Shown here: piece by piece, positions 51,991 through 61,170 of the stretch
Position numbering within the stretch: position 1 is the stretch's first letter
Layout of the letters: every line of letters begins with the position of its first letter
Assembly (NCBI GenBank): GCA_030704615.1
Contig: CM060732.1
Coordinates: 33,790,001-33,854,000 of the forward strand
DNA from: Takakia lepidozioides
Lineage: Eukaryota; Plantae; Bryophyta
Length of the DNA stretch: 64,000 bases
Reading direction: 5' to 3'
Made by a program: the position numbers and the translations under genes
The notes under the pieces: model-generated
What the model was told of the DNA's origin: nothing
Seen by the model: the letters and a program-made list of their open reading frames with translations, nothing else
Database searches by the model: none

Positions 51991-52727
51991 TGTCGCGGCC
52001 CTTTGCCTTGAGGGCAGGGGGTCGGGACACATGAGGGGCTGCCCCTGTGGTGGGGGCAGCGGCAGCGATAGGTATGGGGGGCTGAAGCACCCTTGAGTGC
52101 CCAAGGCACTCAAGGAGGCGGAGGCGCTCACTAGGTGGAGCCCCGCACACCGGGTTGCGGTGGAGGTGGCTCCACAAGGGGTGGTGGTAGCTTAGTGGGA
52201 CTTAGTGGGACTTAGTGGGGGTGGCATAGGAACACCATGGGGTGGAGACCTCGAGGTGGGAGTCGTGGGGAGTCTTGGGACTCATCACGGTCCATTGGGG
52301 CCGCGGTGAGTGGGCCAAGACTCACCGCGACTCCACCACCGGGAGTCGAGGGTTTTCGTGGTGGTTCGCCATAAAATGGCATGGCTGGTTATGAAACCCC
52401 CGCGGACAGCTACAGAAGTATATATAGGGAGTAGTAACCCGAGAACGGTGCAAGCCCGTTGGTGACCAAAAAACTAGTGAGTAAGCGAGCGAGCCGGAAA
52501 AGCGACCAAAGAGTGGGGAGCTGTTCCGGACTGCCATCTACCAAAGGGAATTCTCCTAGTCCCAAATAGGTGGAGGGTTTAGAGGGAAGCGGAAGGGGAC
52601 CGTTATGTCCCGGTGAGCAGCCGAAACTCCAAGTTGGCCCGGCGGCCAGGTTGGAGTCAGGCGCGCGCATCAAAGCGAGTAAGTAACTATGAATTGAGGG
52701 GAGTTTACCGAACTGAGGTGTGCGACA
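51991..52727 (+). repeat. 3' LTR
   Basis: Matches the 5' LTR, with small indels including an extra CTTAGTGGGA unit. Confidence 0.95.
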
Positions 52728-54036
52728 TAATGGTATTAGATAAGTTCTAATTGTTCCGCCTTGGCAGGTTGCTCAGTGCACCTTCCCTGGACGCCCTTGG
52801 AGTATAGCGAGTGGTGTCTCACAATGCCATAGGTTGGGCATCTTAGGCAAGAATTGGAAAACAAACAAATGTCCTTGCTGTGTAATTTTAAAGCCATGCA
52901 AGCCGTTTGTGGTTGCAGATTGATTGACATACATGAGTAGTTAGAAGATTCTGGGTGAACACTTTCAAAGTGTTATAGTTAGACAAAATAATTCACATGA
53001 GAACATGCACGCTATTTAATTGTATTTAGATCGCAACAAAAATGATAATGATAAATAGATTGGTTAAATAGAGATGGGTGAATCTCTTGGTTTTTGCTCA
53101 GCTTGTTGCAGTTATGTCTTGCTACCTTGTTCTATTTGTATTATATATGATATTTCATTGTTGTAATAGACATGTACATGACTGCTATCATAGTCATAAT
53201 AATGACTACATCTATTTTCACTCTCCATAGTACTACACCACGTGGCAGAAACTACAAAATATGTAAAAAAAATAGCAATTACACCCCAAAACCCATCATG
53301 ACACATGTCAATCTGCTGATGGACCACGTGTAAAAACTTATGAAACGCGGCCACGTGTTGAAAACCCGGAATTAGCACACCCGTAGTCATAGTTCGCAGT
53401 CATGGAGAGCTAAACACTCTGCCAACCGTGTCATTTCCTGCATCGAGACGTGCCCACTCTTGCACAGCCGCTGACATGGACTACACTGTCCGTTCAGTCA
53501 TTCAGTAAAGCCAGCATGTATGACTACCCCCACAGCTGCTCTGGCGCCACGTGACAGCCAGCCTGGAGAGTTATATCTGCCATGTCACAATTGACTAGGT
53601 CTTTACGTCTGCAGAGTCAGAAAGTCGTAAATGGCTTCCATGACTGCATTTGCAGTCATAACACAGAGACGTAAAAGCCGCAATTTGTTGTAGTGACAAC
53701 CACATTCCAGATGTTGCACTGCCCAAGCAAACTCCTCAACAAGCTTGGAGGGGTGCGCGAGACCGTAGTCCCGCCTTCATGCAAGTGTTGTTGGAGACAT
53801 GCTCACCTCCTAGCGGGGGCTGCTATTTCATGAGCGGCATGAGCATGAGCGGAAAAAAAAAAAGGCATGAGCAGACCATTGTGAGTCCACGGAAATAGGG
53901 TTAGGAGGCACGGAAATAGGGTCAAGTGAAGTTGGAATGTGGCACCAGTGAACTTGAAATGCAACATTTTATTGCAAATTTTGTGGCAAGCCACGTCTAT
54001 ACAAGTGTGTTCTAACTGTCATAGCCGGAATGGGCA

Positions 54037-57000
54037 CTACTCTCCTACACCCTCCGAGGAACTTGCCCCACCTTCTTCCTCATCCCCCTCATCCCCCTCG
54101 TCCTCCGAGCTCTGTGATGCATCAGTTCCACTATGCCTCTCAAAAATCTCGTCCTCTCCTTGGGGGACTGTCCACCTCACCTCCTGGGAATCTTCTGCGT
54201 CTTCTCCCCCACTTTCCTTAGCAGAATCCAAGACAAATCTACGAGCCCGACGGGCTCTAATAGCTGCTGCCTCCTCCCTCATCTTCATTTTCTTGAGGTT
54301 TGCCTCGTCTAAAATCTGATGTACACGACTACGTTCGGAACACCTCCTAATGGACACCGAAGCAAGCCGGGCAGCATAAGTAGGAAGGATGTACTCCCTT
54401 TCTCGACTAGGCATGAAATCCCCCCTGGCAAAAAAAAACACGTTCCTCCTGCCCATGAACTCCAGTGTAGACGTCCCTCCGGCAGTACTTGGCATCCTAC
54501 AGTAAGAACAAATCCACTTCAAGAATGTCAATACCAGCACAACCACAAAGGGTTTTCAATGAAATAAGAGAGCGGAGGGAGGTGCCTCACGAAATCTGGA
54601 GGCAACTTACAATGCCACCACTCACTCGTAAACCGGGGGCTCCTCGGCCTCGATCCCAACTTCCTCCCCCTGCTCCTTCTCGGATTTTTCCTCATCCTCC
54701 GAGGATGCCTCTTCCTCTTTCGGCAGAACGTTCAGCCGCTGCAAGTTCCGAGTTGTGGAGGGCAGTATCTGGCTCGAAGGCGAACACATGCCTGTCGGAC
54801 AACGTCCCCTGCCCACATTGAAGCACCTGAGGAACAAAGCGGGCGGTTAATAGCTTGCGGCATGCAATTGCAATCGGGCCAGGGGACAAACTGAGCACGT
54901 GAAGGCTTACCCGTGCCGCATGTGAGGTCCAGAATCCGCCCTTGGACATCCGAGCACGTCTCCATGAGGGTTTGGATGAAAGCAGGGCTCCGGGTCCGGC
55001 TGTACCGCCACGGTTTGCCTGTCTTTGTGTCCTTCGGCATACTGGAGTGGGGCACATAGTTGTAGAGGACATCGTAGGTTACAGGGTCCACAGCGGCATC
55101 AACAAGACGACCGTCGTTGCGGAATTTGAACGTAGACCCTCTCTTCACAAAGCAATATGCCTCAAACACCAATGTCTGCACATCCAACAAAGAAGGGATC
55201 AACTCCAGGGTTACTTAACATACACCATAATGTGAAGTGAATGCAATAGATTGATAACTTACACTTTGGCCCTCTGTTCGCAACCCCTGCGTACTGATGC
55301 AGAACCATTTTTCTGAGGAGGACCGGGGTGACACTTTTCGGTGTCCACCTTGCCACCGCATTCTCTGTGGTCTTCCCTCTCGTGGCAAGGACAACCACAC
55401 ATCCACCGTCATCCAGAAGCATCCCCGCCAGCCCAAACCCGGCTTTCCAGTAGTCCTCAGTAAACCTGTTCCAGGTGGGCACACCATCTAGGCCCTCCAG
55501 CAGCTCCCCATCTGGAATGTCGAGGAGAATCATGTCGCAAGCTCTCTCCACCTCACCCCCCCCCCCCCCCCCCGAGTGCTCTTGCAATTCCTGCTCACAT
55601 CCGTGAAGAATTCCATCATGGCTTCAAAACCAGGGGTGTCTTTAGGCTCTGTACCGCCAGCCCTCTTCTTGGCTTTCCCCTTCTGTTCGCCAGAGACTTG
55701 TTGTGTGCCACCTTCTTCGCCCTGGCAGCGAGAGCGTCAAGGAAGCTCTCATTGACGCATTGGATGATGGTTGGAGGTTCTAGCTTTGGCCTGTGCGTAA
55801 ACGTCACCGCCGAATACCGCCGTGTAGGCTCGCCCTCAAATGCCAACTTCTTGGCAGAGCCAGTCCCACTCCGAACTGACTTGGGAACCCGGACGACCGG
55901 TGACTGGGTAGGAGCAACAGCAGTCGCAGGACCTTGAACAAAGTCGTCATCCGAGTCACTCTCTTGGGTCCCCTCCTGCGCCTCCTCCGATGCCCCGATG
56001 GTTTTCTTCTTTTTGGTGTTTACTGCACTCACCTGTTTCCTTGTCCTTTTCCTTTGGCCTTTACTCTTCTCATGCAATTTCTCCTGAATTCATGCGTCAG
56101 TGTACATGGAGTCAGCCCCAGGGTTCCTCCATGCCAGGAAGAATGGTGGCTCGAAAGACAGATGACCTTTCTCCAAAAGGGAGAACTTGCAGTACCTGCA
56201 TTCATGAAAAACACAATGAGGTCCCTGAAATGCATATTCCGCACCATTTTCCCAGGTTGGGGCGGATGTGAGTGGGCCTAGAAATGGAAAAATGGCGCCG
56301 AATTTCGGTTTTCGGTGACTGCCACCCTAGGGACTTAGCCATCTTGGGAGCCCTGAACTGGAAATTCGGCGCCATTTTTCCCGGTTTGGCCCGAAGATGG
56401 CTAAGTCCCAGAACCGCAATAGGGCCTAGAACTGGAAAATGGCGCCGAATTTCCAGTTCAGGGCCAACCAGCCACCCTAGGGACTTAGCCCGAAAATGGC
56501 TAAGTCCTTGAACGGCAATAGGGCCTAGAACTGGAAAATGGCGCCGAATTTCCAGTTCAGGCCAACCAGCCACCCTAGGGACTAGCCCGAAAATGGCTAA
56601 GTCCCTGAACGGCAATAGGGCCTAGAACTGGAAAATGGCGCCGAATTTCCAGTTCAGGGCCAGCCACCCTAGGGACTTAGCCCGAAAATGGCTAATTCCC
56701 TGAACGGCAATAGGGCCTAGAACTGGAAAATGGCGCCGAATTTCCACTTCGGGGCCAGCCACCCTAGGGACTTAGCCCGAAAATGGCGAAGTCCTGAACG
56801 GCAATAGGGCCTGGAACTGGAAAATGGCGCCGCGAATTTCCACTTCGGGGCCAGCCAGTCTAGGGACTTAGCCATTTTCGGAGCCCTGACTGGAATTCCG
56901 CGCCATTTTCCCTAACACCACATGAGGCCTCTAACATCCTGAAATGCAAGGACTTGAAAGAAAGACAGCGCGTATGTACCTGTACAGAAGGCGCATTGCT

Positions 57001-58270
57001 GCTTTGTCCGTGTTCGGCTGGTCGGTGAACTCGTGGCTCCGGCGAGCATCTGCTATCTCCCGAAAGAATAGGTTGGTTTTGTAGAGCAGAAAGTACCTCG
57101 TGCACATAGTCACGTAGGGCTCTTCTGCTGCAGGGACTCTCTATCTTGACTGATGTGCTTGTGTGGTCCAGCTGCTCTTGCGCATTTCGTCGTCACCTGT
57201 GGAGATTCTCCATCAGATCGCTTTTCCTCAAAAATACAATGAATCCACCCCCTACTAGAGTAGAAGCCCCAAACGAAGCGTGGGAAGTACCTTAAACACC
57301 ATGTCATGCGGTTCATCCACATGTCGAATGTGGGTCAGAGAGTTTTTGTCCGGTTTGGTGAAGCTCCACATGTCCCCTGGTACTTTGGGAACCATTCCAG
57401 ATTGGAGCCACCGGTACCTGTCCAACCACCCAGCATATTCGTAAGCGCCAAACACCACAAAAGGAGTTGTTGCCCACAATTTGTTAAGAATTGTATCACC
57501 TTTTTTGTTGCAGCCGTCCACACAGGATGTGGCTAGACGATGGAGCTTCTCCAATGTCATCGTGGGCGAGAGTAATGCTTCCCCACCTCCACCAGAAAGT
57601 CGGCACCAAGGGCGGGATCAGCTATGGCCACGTACTTTAACCATCCCAACTTGTACTTTATGCGGGGCCGAAATTTCCAGTTCCGGGCCACCTCCAGCAC
57701 TCTCCCCGTCTCTACTGCCCTCTCCCTGGCTTCACCTCGAACTTGCACAATCCGTGCTCTTTCTGGTGTTCTTTCTCTCCTTCCACTCTCCACCGTATGG
57801 GTAATTGCAGGGGGCTGCTCTTGCCCGCGATGGTCTAAACCGGTGTGTTACTCCACTGCCTCTCTGTGGTGCTTGGAGGGATCCACCGTCTCGTGCGTCC
57901 CTCGCTTACATTGGCATCTGTCATTTGGGCACCCCTGGCCTCTTCAGCTGCCTTTTCTCTTTCCTCCTGGCTAGCATTCTGTCTCGTCTGTTCTTTTGCC
58001 CTCTCTTTTGCCCTCTCACGGGCTTTCTGTTTCTTACTAGGGCTCGCAGCAGGGGAGCCCTCCAGGACGACCACACTTTTGATTGAGGCGAACTGACACC
58101 CCTCGCGCGCACTGCTCACTCCCCCCTCCGCAGCCGTGACCGGCTCTCTCGCCGGGGATTGCATGTGCTTAGCTTTCTTCTTTTTCTTTGCGTGGGCGGC
58201 CCTACTGCATGTGCATGAACACCATCCATTGCCGGATCTGCTGTCCTCATGTCCTCACGCCCTTCACCTG
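54037..58270 (-). pseudogene. Cargo gene of copy C (MTase-like domain; ParB-like exon deleted)
   Basis: Same exons as copy A, with CDMILLDIPDG (about 55507-55539), ILDLTCGTG and HVFAFEPD. Deletions near 56090 and 57670. The K/E/R-rich first exon lies at about 57690-58270. Confidence 0.72.
56240..56912. repeat. Intronic palindrome array of copy C (intron 56196-56979), mostly ~86-bp units
   Basis: Repeated GGCAATAGGGCCTAGAACTGGAAAATGGCGCCGAATTTCC...CACCCTAGGGACTTAGCC. Confidence 0.9.
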
Positions 58271-59184
58271 CCATGCCGCCTGCACCAACCTCCCCAATGC
58301 CTATTCTGTCGTACTCTCATTGCAAGTCCCTCTCCACCAACAAAAGGTTTAAGTTTGCCCCCTCGCCCCAAGTTGGGCGATTCAAAACATGCGATGAGTT
58401 GGAGCTTCGATGATACCACCAGCGTGCCGGGCTCGCGTCACTCTCTGTCATTGCAAAATCGTGAAAACCAACATCGGTGCAAAAACCACAGCATCGCAAC
58501 GAGCAGCGCAACCACCATAGCAACAATCATGTAGCAAAAATGAAACATAACAAGTTTAGGAAGTATGGAGAGCCATGCAACAACAATGAAAACAAATGCA
58601 ACCATTGCCTGAGAATGACATGCACAAGCAGCCTTCTCCAGAGCTGCCGGATTTGCACACGCATTGCAAACAATCTAAGGTTCACTCAACTATCTAAAGT
58701 TCACTCATCCAGCGAAGCCAGGATGAAGATGCAAAAACACAAGCGAGGTAACAAAGCGAAAGCAAAAAGAAATCGAACAAACCGAAAGCAGAAGTGGCTT
58801 GCCTGAGAGTACTCGGCTTCAGTTGGCGCGGGTTGTGAGCAAGACACTGGAATCTCCTGCTGGAGCTTCAGTGTGGCCATGCGAGAGATTGGCCGTCGTC
58901 CGTAGTACAGAGCTTTCAACTTCCGCCGCGGTCTGGATGTGAGGTCTCTTTCAGGAGAGCCACGCCCTTCAGGCGGCATAAGTCCCAGCCAAAAGATCTC
59001 CTTTTTTGGGGTACATGCCTCGAATAGCATGTTAAGCCAAGATTAGCATGAGATTTAGGGTACGTATCCAGGAAGCCATGTGTCACCAGCCCGAATGAAA
59101 ACTGACGGCGGTGGACATTTATTGCCCAACTGCGCAATTAAATGTCGGATGAAGCCCTCCATGTCGGATGAAAATCGACTTAAA

Positions 59185-60870
59185 GAGGCCCGGAATTTCC
59201 AACATAGAGGTAATTCGGAGCGCTGCACGATGGAATTCCGGCGCCGGATTTCCATCCTGCAGGTAATTCCGAGCGCAGCAGGATGGAAATTCAGCGCCGA
59301 ATTTCCATCCAGCAAGGTAGGGCGGCGCTGGAAATTTCCCTCACGCAGGTAATTCAGAAGCGGATGGATGGAAATCCGGCACCGGATTTCCATCCGCGCA
59401 GGTAGGGCGGCGTGCCAAATTTCCCTCACGCAGGTAATTCAGAAGCGGATGGATGGAAATCCGGCGCCGGATTTCCATCCGCGCAGGTAGGGCGGCGCTG
59501 GAAATTTCCCTCACGCAAGTAATGCAGAAGCGGATGGATGGAAATCCGGCGCCGGATTTCCATCCGCGCAAGTAGGGCGGCACGCCAAATTTCCCTCACG
59601 CAGGTAATTCGCAGGCGGATGGATGGAAATCCGGCGCCGGATTTCCATCCGCCAGGTTGGGCGGAGAGCGGATGGATGGAGATCCGGCGCCGAATTTCCA
59701 TCCAGCAGGTAATTCGATACCGGATGGATGGAATTCAGGCGCCGAATTTCCATCCTGTAGGTAATTCGAAACCCCAATGGATGGAAATCCGGCGCCGAAT
59801 TTCCATCCTGCAGGTACTTCGAATCCCGGATGGATGGAAATTCGGCGCCGAATTTCCATCCAACAGGTAAGTGGAATCCGGGATGGATGGAAATCCAGCG
59901 CCGAATTTCCATCCATCCGGGATTCGAATTACCTGCAGGATGGAAATTCGGCGCCGGATTTCCATCCATCGGGGTTTCGAATTACCTGCAGATGGAAATT
60001 CGGCGCCGGATTTCCATCCATCCGGGATTCCACTTACCTGCTGGATGGAAATTCGGCGCCGGATTTCCATCCATCGGGGATTCGAATTACCTGCAGGATG
60101 GAAATGCGGCGCAGGATTTCCATCCATCCGGGATTCCACTTACGTGCTCGGCGCCGGATTTCCATCCATCCGGGATTGCACTTACCTGCTGGATGGAAAT
60201 TCGGCGCCGAATTTTCATCCGGGGGGATGGTCTCTGTCGGAGAGGTGCCGGCCTCTCCGCCGCTCTGTTGGATATTCGGTGCCGAATTTCTGTCCGGGGG
60301 TTGAAATATGACGGCCAGGTGCCGACCTCTCCCCCCTCCCGACTGCATTGGATGGAACGGCCCCAGATTGAAATTCGGCGCCGTTTTCCCATCTGGGGAG
60401 GTTTTTATGTCGGCCAGTTTTCGGTATGACCCCCCGACACGACTTCCTTTGGGAGGGCCCGGATGGAAATTCGGCGCCGAATCTCCATCCAGGGGATACT
60501 CTCTGTCGAACACGTGCCGACCTCTACGCCCGAGGCGACTTCATCCGGGCGTCCCCTGTTCGATATTCGGTGCCGAATTTCGTCCGGGGGTTGAAATGTG
60601 ATGGCCAAGTGCCGGCCTCTCCCCCCTCCACGAGTGCATCCGAACCGCCCCGGATGGAAATTCGGCGCCGTTTTTCCATCTGGGGATGTTTTATGCCGGC
60701 CAGTTTTCGGCTTGACCCCCCGACACGACTTCCTTTGAGGGGGCCCGGATGGAAATTCGGCGCCGAATCTCCATCCAGGGGATGTTCTCTGTCGCACACG
60801 CGCCGGCCTCTGCGCCCGAGGCAACTTCATCCGGGCTTCCCGTTTGGATATTGGGTGCCGAATTTCCATT
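59185..60870. repeat. Intergenic array of ~30-bp palindromes GGATGGAAAT(T/C)CGGCGCCG(A/G)ATTTCCATCC
   Basis: More than 20 copies in ~81-bp, ~55-bp and ~290-bp higher-order units. Unit orientation flips near 59900. Confidence 0.93.
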
Positions 60871-61170
60871 TGGGGTAGTAATGTGACGGCATGGTGTCGG
60901 CTTCTCCCCTTCAGCCGTCATCATCCGGACGGCCCCCACTTTCTGACTGCATACCGTTGGCAGTTATTGCGCAAAGACCAGGGGCCGCATTCCGGAGACA
61001 AGGTTCATTAACACTCTGACTGTGGATTTTTGAGATAGTTGGCTCCCTGGATTTGGATCAGGCTTCGTCGCTCGGACAAATCGACATCGCATTCATTCCC
61101 ATCGCTGCATCCCCCTTCTACCAGGGAGCTTCCCCGCACGCCATCCTGGCAGTCTTGTGTGCACATCTCC

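Larger units (their letters stand above)
45737..52727 (+). mobile_element. Full-length Ty3/gypsy chromovirus LTR retrotransposon nested in the CACTA
   Basis: Highly similar LTRs (TGTCGC...GCGACA), PBS TGGTATCAGAGCC (tRNA-iMet) at 46463-46475, and gag-PR-RT-RH-INT-chromodomain order. The flanks TATAT/TAATG are not a clean TSD. Confidence 0.95.
41683..53695. mobile_element. Non-autonomous CACTA (Pack-CACTA-like) element, ~12 kb including the nested gypsy
   Basis: TIRs CACTACAACAGATTGCGGCTTTTA / TAAAAGCCGCAATTTGTTGTAGTG, 3-bp TSD ACA (41680-41682 and 53696-53698), and many ATGACT/AGTCAT subterminal repeats. Removing it restores the reading frame of cargo gene B. Confidence 0.93.
31941..53814. 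mobile_element. MULE-like element, copy B (subfamily 2), interrupted by the CACTA and by copy C
   Basis: Left terminus GGGGGTTGTTATTCCATATGC matches the A/C terminus GGGGGCTGCTATTTCATGAGC at 16 of 21 positions. Contains the transposase (minus) and the divergent cargo gene (plus). Confidence 0.75.
36914..53814 (+). pseudogene. Cargo gene of copy B: ParB/Srx-like N-terminal domain + helical region + beta-class DNA amino-MTase-like domain; split by the CACTA and cut by copy C
   Basis: Exons approx. 36914-36994, 38395-39038, 39152-39341, 39436-39847, 39941-40176, 40361-41011, 41118-41453, and 41568-41682 joined to 53699-53814. Motifs DIPLCRM..VVRP, VWDGNHRLQAW (38881-38913), VDMIIVDCPTG (41169-41201) and RSPAFMQVLLETCS. 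Stops at 38674 and 41331. Confidence 0.75.

Noticed and set aside
45732-52732. 5-bp TSD for the chromovirus
   Set aside because: The flanks TATAT and TAATG do not match, so no TSD is claimed.
57829-57839. GGGGGCTGCT match to the MULE terminus inside copy C
   Set aside because: Only about 10 bp, lies within apparent exon sequence, and has no subterminal repeats or TSD.
59185-60870. CRISPR-like appearance (palindromic ~30-bp repeats with spacers)
   Set aside because: The spacers are themselves repeated, unit orientation flips, there are no cas genes, and the context is a eukaryotic TE.
59055-60939. Many overlapping ORFs (MEIRRRISI..., MDGNSAP...), and similar ORFs at 836-1535 and 56202-56615
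   Set aside because: They are translations of stop-poor palindromic tandem repeats in all frames; the arrays are intronic or intergenic.
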